64,000 nucleotides of DNA from Amphiscolops sp. MND2022 (Eukaryota): NCBI GenBank assembly GCA_964187785.1, contig OZ076413.1, forward strand, positions 27,466,001 to 27,530,000, written 5' to 3'. How positions within the stretch are numbered: the stretch's first letter is position 1; each line of letters starts with the position of its first letter. A program made the position numbers and the translations under genes. This document shows, piece after piece, positions 46,385 through 58,447 of the stretch. Below the pieces are notes generated by a model that ran no database searches, was not told where the DNA came from, and was given only the letters and a program-made list of their open reading frames with translations.

Positions 46385-48953
46385 ATGTTTGAATACCCCG
46401 TTGTGGATATCTCTGAAACTGAGTCGAAAGCATTCTCTGAAATTGCCGCACCGAAGAACGCTAGTGCGAAGAAATCCTCGAAGCCAGAACTAATCAAAAG
46501 AGTTCAGTTCGCGCGCACGGTTGAGGTTTTCAAAATCAGCCCTGTGAAACTTGCTGACGTTTCTGATGACCACCATGCCTTTTGTTTTGCCCAATTAGAG
46601 AGTGATTCTGATGAGAGTGTCTCAAACGATGAAGAATTCGCGGACTGTCCAAGTCCTGTTATTCCAGGCAAGTCTTCACCTGTGACTCCGAAAGTTGATG
46701 CATCCGTCAATGAAATTGTGCAAGGGAGAATAAAGGTACGTTTATTCTCCGAAAATGGCGAATATGAGGGAGAGCAAGATAACCCGTGTATATCCAGTCC
46801 ACAATCTTTGAACCAAATGGACCCGGAAGATGGTTTCGTCTCTTTTTCTCAGCTTAGTTTGCTTTTTGACGAGACGTTCAACTCACAGCCCAAAAGTTTC
46901 ACGAATGTTTGCAATGAGACCTCGGAGAAAGTAGTATGTCATTCAGAATACTTACGAGGAAATGAGGACAATGCCCAACAATCAAAACTAAACGAGTCGC
47001 AGCTTCCTGCTCCAGAACTCGAAGAGGTTGAACCCGGTCATAGAAGTGGAGAAGACACACCAGATGTTGAAGTTTCCGAAAGACCGGCGGTTGATTCCGT
47101 TCACTCCAGGCGCTTAGAATTATGCGTTGCTGATGATGACGTTGACAATGGGTCCACAAAAATAGACAAAATAGAATCATTTGAGATAAATGAAGTTGGC
47201 ATAGATGAGGGTACTAATTCGCCCACCATAGACAATGAAAAATGCCAATTTCTTTGTCTTCACTCTATTGCTGCTGATGAAAGCAAAGAATCCTATGAAA
47301 AGAACGTTAAACTTTTGCAAGATCTGGAAGAATCGGAAAGTGACAGTCATAAATTGCTGCCTCCAGTAGAATCGGAGAAGCCGGCTTTCGTAGGCTTCCG
47401 CACTGCCGCTGGAAAAACCGTCTCGTATTCGAAAGAATCTGAGGAAAAAAGCAGGAAACTTTTGCAAGATCTGGACGAAACGGAAAGTGACAGTCATAAA
47501 TTGCTGCCTTCAGTAGAATCGGAGAAACCGGCTTTCGTAGGCTTCCGCACTGCCGCTGGAAAAACCGTCTCGTATTCGAAAGAATCTGAGGAAAAAAGCA
47601 GGAAACTTTTGCAAGATCTGGACGAAACGGAAAGTGACAGTCATAAATTGCTGCCTCCAGTAGAATCGGAGAAACCGGCTTTCGTAGGCTTCCGCACTGC
47701 CGCTGGAAAAACCGTCTCGTATTCGAAAGAATCTGAGGAAAAAAGCAGGAAACTTTTGCAAGATCTGGACGAAACGGAAAGTGACAGTCATAAATTGCTG
47801 CCTCCAGTAGAATCGGAGAAACCGGCTTTCGTAGGCTTCCGCACTGCCGCTGGAAAAACCGTCTCGTATTCGAAAGAATCTGAGGAAAAAAGCAGGAAAC
47901 TTTTGCAAGATCTGGACGAAACGGAAAGTGAGCAAAATAGCAAGTGTTCATCTCGAGGTGAATCTAAGAAACGAGTGCTAGTTGTATCATGTGCTGAGGA
48001 CACTCTAGAGAGACGTGCAGTCAAGCAAGACTCGAAGGAAAGCATTGAAAATGAGCTCGTTGGCCTTCCCAAGCTAACTGACCATGATAGTATTGGTCTA
48101 AAAACGCCTCTTGTTGTCGAGCCACCATTTTCAGTCCGTGGAAAATTAATTGCAGGAATGACACCTGAAAACCTAAAGAATATAAATTCCGTACCTTTTG
48201 AACCCAAACCATGTGTTCATACGCCTTTTCCTTCTAAAAATAGTCATCCTCCAAACAAAGAGCTATTTTTCAATGATGAAGCTAAGCCAAGTACTGTTAT
48301 CAGTAGTTTTGGAACAGCTTCTTCGAATACCAGTCAACCTGCTTATCAATTGAGAAGTCGTTCCAAGTCGAGTAAAACTTTCAAGAAACCTCGGTGCTTG
48401 TTTGAAATTGATGAGAAAGATTCAATAACTAGTAAGAAAGATGAAAATTCCACCAGCGTGGCAGAAAAGGGATCCGCAGCGAAGAATGCAAAAACTTCTT
48501 GCGAATCTAATACTTCGAAATCAGTTGCTGGTAAACGGGGTTCGACTTCCAAATTTAAATCTCCCGTGATTGCTGATAAACTAGTCCATGGCACTCATCT
48601 GAAAATAAATTTGAAAGAGTCTACAAATTCAACAGAGTCCACTGCTATATCAAACAAAATGGGCAGAATATTGAATATCAGAACTCAATGTTTGATGAAA
48701 CTGGCTTTCGAAGATCTTGCTGTGATAAATGATCACCGCACATCTAACGCAAGAATGGCATGTACGAAAGTTTATTGTATTGCTAAGAACGTGGTCTCAG
48801 GGTACAATTTTACGTTTGGAGTGGATGAGTTTTTCTCTCCGAAAGCTGTATCTACCGGAATTGTCTATATTGGTGATAATGCTGAGTTGAATATCAAAGG
48901 AAAGAAAACAATTGGCCCCCTTGATTTTCATCGTGCCATGTTGACTATTCCAG
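46385..48953 (+). CDS. BRCA2: BRCA2 homolog, large exon (acidic N-terminus, BRC array, start of helical domain); 5' end uncertain, exon acceptor at 46337
   Basis: Four FRTAAGKTVSYSKESEEKSRKLLQDL BRC motifs; ...LDFHRAMLTIP|G; donor CAG|GTGAGT. First in-frame ATG at 46385; an upstream coding exon cannot be excluded. Confidence 0.85.
47310..47931 (+). repeat. Coding tandem repeat, 147 bp / 49 aa x 4.2, each unit one BRC motif
   Basis: CTTTTGCAAGATCTGGA at 47312, 47459, 47606, 47753 and 47900; only a few nucleotide differences among units. Confidence 0.98.
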
Positions 48954-49423
48954 GTGAGTTACTGAGTTGGAACCAAAAACAGATTCGAAATACGTGAATT
49001 CAATTGGCAGATTATTGAAACATATTCGATTACTTGAAAGAAATCAACTCAATCATATCCAAGGCGTAAACTTATTTCTAGCGCTTTTCGCTATCGTAGT
49101 TCAGTCATAAAAACGGTCAATTCCTATTTATCTACATTATCTACATTTATCTGTAACGAGCACATTGTTGGTCAAATTCTGATGAAAATTTGAGTGACTG
49201 GGTTTGACTCCGTCGTATAATAAATTAAACTTGTCGAACATTTAGTGATGGTCTGAATATTGTGAATATTTAGGCTGTGATTCAGGTGGAAAACCAAAAG
49301 GCTATAATTTGAACTTTTGCTAACTGCCTCCTAAAAGTTGGATCAATCGCATGTGATTTCTGGACCCATAACGGAGCACTTAAATGATGGCTAATTGAAT
49401 GCATTGACTAAATTTAATTTTAG

Positions 49424-51048
49424 GTGTAACCAGAGTAATTGCCTCTGCAGATTGGGTGAAAGTAATGTATAGATGGATTGTGTGGAAACTAGCTGCTTAT
49501 GAGTTGACTTTTCCCTCCGTATTCCCAGCACACTCTCTGTTGAATCCAAGTATGGTCATGGAGCAACTGAAGTACAAATTTGATAGAGAGTACCATTTGG
49601 GTCAACGATCAGCCCTTCGTAAGATAATAGAACATGACGATACACCTGCCAAATGCATGATACTTGTGGTTTCTGATTCAAATACTGATCAAAAACCTTT
49701 TCTTGAAGTTTCTGATGGCTGGTACTTTGTTTCGTGTGAAATTGACCCACCTTTGCTGAATCTTGTTCGAACTGGGAAATTGAGTTCAGGGAGAAAAATT
49801 GCAGTCTGTGGATCCCAGCTTCTTAACGCAGATCAACCATCTGGGCCTCTGGAAGCTAGCGAAGGCTTGCGACTGAAGATATCTTACAATGGCTGTAAAC
49901 CAGCTCATTGGAACGCAAAGTTGGGATTCTATCGACAACATTTTGCTTTTGTTTCCAATTTGGCAAGCATCAGTCCAGACGGTGGAGTGGTTCCTGCTTT
50001 GAATGTTGTTATCCAGAGGGTTTACCCATTGGAGTTGAGTCAGACACTTGAGAATGGAAATGTTGAAACGAAAACGGAACGGCAGCATCGTAGAGACGAA
50101 AGTATGAAATACAGTCGAAGCTACCGAACAGATAATTCTTTGGAGGAGGGCTGTGACAAATCAATTTTGAAAGTTTTGCTGCGAATTCGTGTTTCGGATA
50201 CTATTGACCCTCAATGTAGCTGTGTTCTCAGTATTTGGCAGCCAACTGAGGATCTTATCGATCGGCTGAAAGAAGGAAAAGTGTTCCGTGTCACAAATGT
50301 TCGACCATATTTCCAAAGCCGCAATTTCCTGAATGATGACCACTTTGCTTTATCGGCTTCAAAATCAACTTCGTTCATTTCAGAGAAAATTGGAAGGTGT
50401 TTGACAAAGAACTCAGTTTCGGAAAAGTTTTTACCTCGAGTGCGAAATCAAATTTTTAAAGCTGCTTATTGTACACCGAAGTTCGGAGAATACGACTTGG
50501 TGGGGATAGTAGTTAGAGTGAATGACCCCGATTCCGGTTCTCCTACTCTCTTCATTTGCGATGAATTGAGCAACATTGCTGTTATTTTGTTTTGCAGTTC
50601 TCTGAAACATTTAGCTTTAGACAAAATTGTTGACCTTAAGTCGGTGCTGTTTTTCAAAAATTTGAGGTTGAACAAAAAGTTTGTTAATAATGTTGATGTA
50701 TTGCATTTTGATTTTTGTGCTATATCTGACGTGGAAACGTGGAAAAGCGATAAATTCCCAAAGTTGGATCAAGATTTGAATAAAATTTTATCGACAGCTC
50801 AGCAATCAGTTCATAGACTTATCCATGGTTCAAGGTTGAGAAGCGGAAAAAATGTTGCCTCTGAGCGTAAACGGCCTCAAATTCAAGAAGAATTAGCAAG
50901 CGACAAAGAAGAAAAAAGCTTCGAATGGCGAATGAAAAAGCTCAGTAGAATTCCTTCACCGCCTAAGTCAATGTTGTTTGCTCCTGAATGTGAGACTCCA
51001 ATTGCCAAGCGTGCGAGGATGGAGTTCAAAAGCCCAGTGATGTCCTGA
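49424..51048 (+). CDS. BRCA2: BRCA2 exon encoding helical domain, OB1-OB3 and C-terminus; with the previous exon gives ~1397 aa
   Basis: Acceptor TTTTAG|; WVKVMYRWIVWKLAAYE, QLKYKFDRE...RSALRKIIEHDD, EVSDGWY, WNAKLG, IQRVYP, EYDLVGIVV, LSRIPSPP. Confidence 0.95.
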
Positions 51049-51899
51049 ATTCTTTGAATTTGAAGGTATTCTGTTCTATTAGTTCGATTAGTACTCCAAT
51101 TGTTCAATTCCTTAAAAGTGCAAATTAACTTAATCATGTATAATTTTCCTTTTCGAGCCACTTTGGTTTTACAATCAACTAATAGCAAGTAGATAAGCTC
51201 GTGCTATAGTTCTGACAGACCTATCGTCAAATTTTCCTGATTTTACTGGCACTCAATTTCATTTTTTTTCTTCCGGCATGAACTGTGAATTGTCACAATA
51301 GTTTGAATTGGGCACTACAACTAATTAGTTTTTTTCGAAAATATTTGTATTTAATGAAAGTGGGGTTTTTCATTGTCTGAAATAGAAAAGTCTTCATATA
51401 CATTTCTAAAATCATTCTTCGAATGCCTAGAGCTCAAACTTCCAAAACAAGTGGCATAAAACTCAGAATTGAAATATTCTGCACATGAGAAACTGCTTTC
51501 AGTTACACTATTGTGAGCTGTTGTTCCGTGTTCTCTTAATAAATGCCTGATATGTTGCTTCTTTGAAACTTCTGAATCCATTGACGGGTAATAAACGAAC
51601 ACGAATTTCGAACCTTAAAGTCGTCCCGATTTCCGCTAAGGGTGGAATTGTTTTTGAAAAAGTTAACACTGTTAGTCGATGATAATTGAATAATAAGTTT
51701 TTCTCGGAAAGATTTTAAAGTTTTGGACTTCGCGTTTTCAAAGAAAAAGCACGACTCTTACAATGGCTAGTTTTTTTGTTAGCTCAACGCGATAGGTAGA
51801 CTTTTTGTGCACTTTTACCATAAGTACTTAGTACTTGATTTTGATGACATCCAAAGCCTCTAACATAAAATACAAAACCATTCCAAAGCAGAAGGTTTC

Positions 51900-52685
51900 C
51901 TTTCCACTTTTTTTGGTACTATGAGACTTCCCCCTTTCTAGGCGCTTCATGAAGTGAAACGCGACTATACTAGTGGCTTTTTTCAATCCACACGAACTGA
52001 CCAAAATAGTTCCTAACAGTTATACGAAATTTTATGGTGTCAAATTGAACCATTTGGCCTAGCGAACTGAACCAAAAAGGTTTTCCTTTTTCGCGTTACA
52101 TACAATACCGGGCCAGACTAAAGGGTCCCCCTTCCAGTTTTTTTCCGGCATTGTGGGACATTTTTTGGAATTTTTTTCACCGAAGGGGCCACCTCTTCAA
52201 TTTTTGCTACGGAAATGTAGAAAAATCCCAAAGGGTCCCTTTTAGCGCTCCAATTCGGTCCAACTTTTGTTTTTCGGGTACTGTAAAAGAATACATGACA
52301 CTTTGAAGTCCTTTTGCCGTTTTTGATCCTTAGATATGGCGCCGACTTTGGCCGGTCCCGGCTTGTTTTTATCCTAGTGGCTTAAGCTCGATTGCATAAC
52401 TTCGTGAAACCTCGATTTTTACAAGAAATCAAAGGTTTGGCAAACACAGGACTCCTTAGGGTTTTCGGCACTTAGCGACTTACCGGAGACATATTTTGTT
52501 TTTTTTAAAGGTTTTCTGTTGAGCAATATGGTTTTTTGCTGTTTCCAGTTGGGGAAAAAGTGGTTTTTGGGTCTTATACTTCGTGTATTTTTTGGCACTG
52601 TAAAATTGATGAACAGTGTCCTTTTGCATATATATAAACTTTTTTGAACCTTAGCGGCGCCGACTTGGGCCGTTCCCGGCTTGTT
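51900..52685. repeat. AACAAG-terminus repeat family copy (reverse orientation), two termini at 52367 and 52685
   Basis: GGCGCCGACTT(T/G)GGCCG(G/T)TCCCGGCTTGTT occurs twice; internal similarity to 29930-30130. Confidence 0.8.
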
Positions 52686-52819
52686 AAAGCCTTAAGTGAG
52701 ACAGTGACCTTGGCCGTTGACAGACGGTTTGTTTTCTGCAATAATATTGAGTACTGACAGATCGGCTTGTTTCAGAACTAATGCTGTACATAGTCTCATG
52801 AAGTTTGGTGTGTGCGAAA

Positions 52820-55345
52820 ATGAGTGGAGAGGAATCGCAAGACACTGACTGCGAGCTTCCTGAAGAACACAACAGCGGCGGAGCAGTAGTCGAAGTGGCG
52901 GCCCAAGCTACGTCATCACCTGTGACCTCGCTGCCTGATGTTGTGACAGCCAGTCATGTGCAAGCTGCCAATCAAGTGCAATCTTCCAACATCCAAGAAA
53001 ATCAACCAATCTCACAATCTGCGTCACATCCCGAGTCACTTTCTCTCGCTTTATCTTCTTCACAGCCAGCGTCGCCACAGAAACATCTGGTCGTTGCTTC
53101 TGGAAGCACTCCGTCATCACCACAGCGTCAGCCAGCTAACAGTATCCAAGGGCCTCCTGGAGGGTCTCCGTTGCGCAACCAGCCCAAAGGTCAAATTGGC
53201 TTCACAATTGACTTCGACGACACAGGTGTCTCTTGGAATTTGAAAAGCGACCTCAACCAGTTTTTGCCTAGTAGTCGCAAGTTGAGAATGGAAGGTAGGC
53301 GGTCTGCCACCAAAGATTTTTTGCCTTCTAGGAAACATCACGCTACACGATCTCTGTCACCGAGAGAAAGGCAAAGCATGGACAAAGATGAGCCGGAAGC
53401 CGATGCACAGCCCTGTAATGATAAAGATGATTTGCTGAGTGAGGCAGGAACCTATATTATCGACAACGTTCCGGCGTCCAAACCCCAACTCACAGTTCCT
53501 CCGAAACCAAGGCCAAAGAATTTACGCGGGGACTACATAGAGCTGAATGACAGTTCAATACTACAGACCCAGAAGTTCGTAGATATAGAAACTCATGACT
53601 TTACAATCGGCCAGTCATCATTAATGGAATCCTTCCTGGATCATGCCGCGGCAGCTGCTGCGGTTAATGTATCCACCGAAACACTGGGGAATTCCAGGCT
53701 GAATGTGAACGAGATAGACAAAATGGCGGCTGAAGCTATAACACCTGTCGCTTCTGATGATGAGAAAGATCAAGTCTCGGAAAAGCAAAGTAGAAATAAT
53801 TTCAACTTAAATTCGGAAACTGGAGGAGATAAATATGCAACTTTTTCAAGGGGTCGGAAAACTGTTTCAGTTCAACCTAGAATGAGAGCAACTGCAATCC
53901 CGTGCAGGTCAAATGACGTAACCCCTGCTAAAGAACAATCTAAAGATCTTTTTGAGAAGGCCTCTAAGCAGATGTCCGAACGAAGCAAGTCACCGCAGTA
54001 CACTTCAAGTTTGACAAGTAGTTCCATAGTTTCTTCCAAAGTCAGTTCTGCCAACAAAGAGACAATGGATTCGTCCAAAGATAATACATCGGATAAAAAG
54101 AGTGAGAAAACAAAGGGTGAAAGCAGGAATATTTCAAACCTCGCCATAAGGAGACCTAGTTCAGCGAACGCTGGAAAACTCAAGTCTGCGAAAGTTGACG
54201 TGGACAAAAGACTGGTGGACATGGAAGAAGCATTGAAGAAGACGATGAAAGTGTCACTAGGCACAAAGGTTCTGGCTCAATATAACACGGATAACTCTTC
54301 GCCTGCTAGAGCTACCCCACCGCAGCCTAAAACAACTGGCAATTTCACCCGCGCAACTCCAATTAGACGAAGTGCGGGGCCTATTCTTTCAGGAAGTAAA
54401 CAGAAAGCAAGCGATATCAACAGTTTGTCATCAGGGTCCGATGTTTTCGACGACAAAAAAGCGGCCGTGCCTCCTGCTAAACCGCTAGCTTCGAATACCC
54501 GCAGCCTCGGACCCCCTCCTTCTCCCACTGCATCCGTGCGCATGAACAAAGCAATGAAATTACGCATGAAAAAGTTTTCTGATTGTGATGATATGGACTG
54601 CTTGAGCATGACTAGTGACGGTGCATCATCAAAATCTATGTCGAACAGCAAGAAGTTGACAACCTTCTCACGAGCTAATCCTTTGTACAAATCACTACCA
54701 GCTAACCGCGGAAGTGGGGTGGGAACTCCTGGAAATCAGACTTCTAGAGCAGCCATGGCCGCTAAAGTTGTGAAACCTGTGATATTGCCCAATAAAACAA
54801 CAATTGGAGGCTCTGCTAAAACTGGCAACATCTCTAGCGCAACACATCGCAATACTGCCAAGTTGCAAGTTCACAACAAACCTGGAGACACGGGGCTGCG
54901 TACAAATTCTAGTGGCAGTCGGACTCCTGATGAAACAAATTTAAGCACCTTTGATAAGCTGGTTCTGTCTTCAATTGATCAGTTGAGCAAAAAGTTGAAC
55001 ATCAATTCATCCTTGTTGGTTAATCTTTGTCAACAACACGACTCGCAGCTGACGGGTTTGACTGATCTGACCAACATTGGCGCCAAAAGTGACAAAGGTA
55101 TTAGAAACACAAAGGGTGAAAATGGAGGGTGCGATATACCTAAATTGAAAACGGGATGTCAGGAAATTTCAGCAATTCTGTACGAGCTCAGAGTGGTGGA
55201 GAAAAACATAGACCACGTAACTCGCCATCTGAATACAGTTACAAGCAATAAGTGCAATGATACCTTCTCTCAATCTCTGGACAACTCTTTCAACAGCGGG
55301 GGTGGAGCAAACAACGATATGTGTGATCTGGTTGAATACTTTTGA
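52820..55345 (+). CDS. CEP170: CEP170-like centrosomal protein, single exon, 841 aa, no FHA domain
   Basis: GFTIDFDD and SEAGTYII motifs. C-terminal DKLVLSSIDQLSKKL...IPKLKTGCQEISAILYELRVVEKNI matches the CEP170_C pattern (LLLSSVFQFSKKI...EISSILQELKRVEKQL). First ATG at 52820, in-frame TGA at 52799. Confidence 0.75.
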   Translation: MSGEESQDTDCELPEEHNSGGAVVEVAAQATSSPVTSLPDVVTASHVQAANQVQSSNIQENQPISQSASHPESLSLALSSSQPASPQKHLVVASGSTPSSPQRQPANSIQGPPGGSPLRNQPKGQIGFTIDFDDTGVSWNLKSDLNQFLPSSRKLRMEGRRSATKDFLPSRKHHATRSLSPRERQSMDKDEPEADAQPCNDKDDLLSEAGTYIIDNVPASKPQLTVPPKPRPKNLRGDYIELNDSSILQTQKFVDIETHDFTIGQSSLMESFLDHAAAAAAVNVSTETLGNSRLNVNEIDKMAAEAITPVASDDEKDQVSEKQSRNNFNLNSETGGDKYATFSRGRKTVSVQPRMRATAIPCRSNDVTPAKEQSKDLFEKASKQMSERSKSPQYTSSLTSSSIVSSKVSSANKETMDSSKDNTSDKKSEKTKGESRNISNLAIRRPSSANAGKLKSAKVDVDKRLVDMEEALKKTMKVSLGTKVLAQYNTDNSSPARATPPQPKTTGNFTRATPIRRSAGPILSGSKQKASDINSLSSGSDVFDDKKAAVPPAKPLASNTRSLGPPPSPTASVRMNKAMKLRMKKFSDCDDMDCLSMTSDGASSKSMSNSKKLTTFSRANPLYKSLPANRGSGVGTPGNQTSRAAMAAKVVKPVILPNKTTIGGSAKTGNISSATHRNTAKLQVHNKPGDTGLRTNSSGSRTPDETNLSTFDKLVLSSIDQLSKKLNINSSLLVNLCQQHDSQLTGLTDLTNIGAKSDKGIRNTKGENGGCDIPKLKTGCQEISAILYELRVVEKNIDHVTRHLNTVTSNKCNDTFSQSLDNSFNSGGGANNDMCDLVEYF

Positions 55346-57333
55346 GAATCGGTGGCAATAAAGACGAGAGGGCCTTGGGCAGATAAGTTGAGAAAATGAA
55401 TTGTCTATCACAAGTGTTGAATGTAAAGCGAATCTGGAAAAGTAGACGTTCAGATTTATCCCAGACCAACATACGATTGAGAACTCATTCTACATAATTG
55501 TCAAGTTTTGCCCCGTTGTTAGTCTGCCCAAAGAACCCTCTCTGCAATAACACGTGTAGTAGTTTGCAGGTAATTCACTCACGACCATTATCAGGCGCTG
55601 TAAAATTAGCTTAACTTAAACTGTTTGATACTATACACAGAAAATGACAATGTAACAGCGACTAATGATTTTCAACTACTCATCTGTGATGGGTGTCACA
55701 ATGTTATGTAATGGTGCTTCTCTTCTATTGTTACATACAGCTTCTTCTATTTCCTCCTCATGCATCAAACGAAAGTTATATTCTATTCAGTAGCTATAAA
55801 GATTTCTCTACCAATATTTTTTGTACTATTCTACGTGTCAACTCTGTGGTTCACTAGTTTCAGAATTTGATTTTTTTTTAAGTTGTCTGGGAATCATTTT
55901 AGCAGTCTTTTTATGTACGCGTAATTGGATACTATTTGAGTTGCTTGGAGTTATCGATGCTTCAGTTTTACTTGAGTTGTCTTCAAATTTTGGTTTCACA
56001 CATTTAGTTTTTGATAGTTGTGGGTTTGTCACATTTAGCCATGACCGTGAACCACTTTAAAAATTGCAATGTTCATACAATTCACAAACGATAAAGACTT
56101 CAGATTATTTGCCTCGATTCAAATGAAAATATATTTTTCACTGAATCCTTTTCTCCTCACGCGAAGGACACCATTGTTTCCAAAAAGACAAGTGTTTTAT
56201 CCTATATTCTGTTTTACAAACTCATTTCACGTGCTAGCCACGGCATCTCTGTAGAGATTGTTTAACAAATGCTCGCTGAGATTTTATTTTCGAGGCACGG
56301 CTATTCGAGACGCGATAGTCCTTGAACGCACTTCAAAAACGGGTTTCGGCGGCACATATCTTCGGCGGCGCTTCTTTTATCTACAAATAAACTGGCTTGA
56401 AATGAGACAAAGAGTTTGATATTTTATCTGTAGACTCTGACCAAAACTCAAGTGTTTACAAAACGCATGCTTTCTTGGCATGCCGTAAAGAGCTGCATGT
56501 TGGTCCACAAATTACGAACTAGCTTACTGAGGGCTACATTCTCATCTTTTGCTGAGAAAAAACTACTCGAAGTACTTATTGGGGTTTAGGTTTCCTGCGG
56601 TATAGACGCTATTTAGTTGGCGCTATTCAGTTTATAGCCTACTATTAAAGTGGCTTTTCGTCGATTTTTACGACTCAGGATTTTTTCCCGAAGGAGTTTT
56701 AGTTATCGTCCAGTTTTTCAACATCAAAAGGCCGAAAATTTTCTACTGATACAATATCGCTTTTTCTGAAAGATACATAGAACCATTCAAGTTTAACCGA
56801 TTTTCGTGTCTTTCTTTTCGTGTGGATAACTGATGGTCCAAAATGGGCAATCAATAAATGTATAAGTATCGAATTTTGACAATTTTCAAAAGCTTTTTTC
56901 TCGATTTTCCGGCAGTGATGTTTTGATTATAGACAATTTTCGGGGTTTGTTTTCGTTTTGAGTGTCACTATTGGACGACTTCAAAAACGATTTCTCGAAG
57001 TTTTCACCCTCAATTTTGATGAAAGCTCAATTGAAAGGGTCTGATATAAAGATTCTATAAAGTGGACCAGTTTAACGCAATTTTCTTTTGATGTTAGTTT
57101 CTTGGCTAATGCAGATATCGCTTAAAATTGTTCAAATCACAAAATGGTTTTTCACCTTACCCCATTTTAGCGGAATTGGTCTTATGAAAGCTAACGAAGT
57201 TTATTTAGATCATCAAATAGATATTTAAAAAACTTTTTAAAGATTGTCTAAAATGAAAAAAATGTTCTGATTATAGGTTGATATGTGCAGTAGTCGTGTT
57301 TAAACATTTCGAACTGGGCTAGTACCTGTCATC

Positions 57334-57501
57334 ATGCCGAGTGGAGGAGCAGTGGTTGGGATGTGGAGCGAGGCGCGCAGACAAGAGAAGGCCATCAGAG
57401 GGGCCATGGTCGACTACCGCAAGAGGGCTGAGCGGCGCAGTCAGTACTACGAAAAGATCAAGCAGGATCCGGCTCAGTTTCTTCGAGTTCATGGACGAAA
57501 G
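57334..57501 (+). CDS. CLASRP: CLASRP exon 1; CDS join(57334..57501,58341..58447,58743..59106,61650..62119,62280..63462), 763 aa
   Basis: MWSEARRQEKAIRGAMVDYRKRAERRSQYYEKIKQDPAQFLRVHGRK; donor AAG|GTGAGA. Confidence 0.92.
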
Positions 57502-57651
57502 GTGAGACGAACATGGCTGAAGTTTTTGATTGTTTCTGCGTAAGCTGGAGTATTATTCAAACGCTCAAAGCCAACTTTTTTCCGACGATGCAATCGTTAC
57601 AAAATGTTCATCACGTCTGTAACATTATTGCTTCTCTAAATTTGTGAGCTG

Positions 57652-57963
57652 GGTTCTAGGACAATACGCCCAAAGACATTACGCCCAAGGAAATTTCGCC
57701 CAAACTGAAATTACGCCTAACGAAATTAAGCTATTCAAAGCGAATAGCATCGAATATTTTCAGGTTATTATGAAGATGTTTACATATTTGTTGTATGGCT
57801 CGGTCGCTTCGCTCCCTTCGCCAAGTAGCAACATTGAGGCATGGCCAAATGGCACGTCGCTTCGCTCCTGCATTTAGGGCATTAGGGGTATGTGTGCATA
57901 GCTGATTACATTATTGTAATTTCCTTGTGCGTAATTTACGTTTGGGCGTAATGTCCGTACACC
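57652..57963. mobile_element. Foldback/MULE-type MITE in CLASRP intron 1
   Basis: TIR GGACA(A/T)TACGCCCAAA with repeated TACGCCCAA subterminal motifs; flanking 9-mers TGTGAGCTG and TTTGAGCAG (7/9 match). Confidence 0.65.
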
Positions 57964-58340
57964 TTTGAGCAGGTAGGGACGACACTTTGATCGACATGAA
58001 GCGAACGTCTTTAATTAATTGTTCAGTCGAAATCATTAAGTTTGCACTGTCGCGAAATTCAAGACTTGAAATTGCTCATAAAAATGTTAAATTTTCTCCC
58101 AGAAGTTTTTAAAAATTGATTCTGTTACTGATACTCTTGATAATGGACATTCGCTAATTATTTTTAGTTAACCTGAAGGGGAGGATTTTCTCTGAAGGCA
58201 GGTTATGGCGCTTCCATGTGTAAAGATTGCGTCTATTGACATTATTGGAGAGTTCATTCTGTTTCGGAAGTACGATATATGCATGTCAATGTCTTTAGTA
58301 CTCCATATTAACCATTCTTGACGTGAACTTTGTTGTTCAG

Positions 58341-58447
58341 ATAAAAATGAAACTGGATTCCAGTGAGGCTGAAAAAGCTGAAGGATCAGCGGTGATGCAG
58401 CCATGGCAGGGAGACGAAACAGTCATCATCGACAGATTTGATGCAAG
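58341..58447 (+). CDS. CLASRP: CLASRP exon 2 (SWAP N-terminal/DRY_EERY region)
   Basis: MQPWQGDETVIIDRFDAR; acceptor TTGTTCAG|, donor AAG|GTTGGT. Confidence 0.9.

Noticed and set aside
47310-47931. 147-bp unit as a nucleosome-positioning signal
   Set aside because: Length is explained by a 49-codon protein repeat; the match to nucleosome length is treated as coincidence.
47177-48207. Long minus-strand ORFs with repeats (47307-47951, 47510-47935 and others)
   Set aside because: Antisense shadows of the 147-bp BRC array; a stop-free unit is simply repeated.
55690-56060. Possible minus-strand gene between CEP170 and CLASRP
   Set aside because: Short K/S-rich fragments with stops, no ATG-led frame and no recognisable domain.
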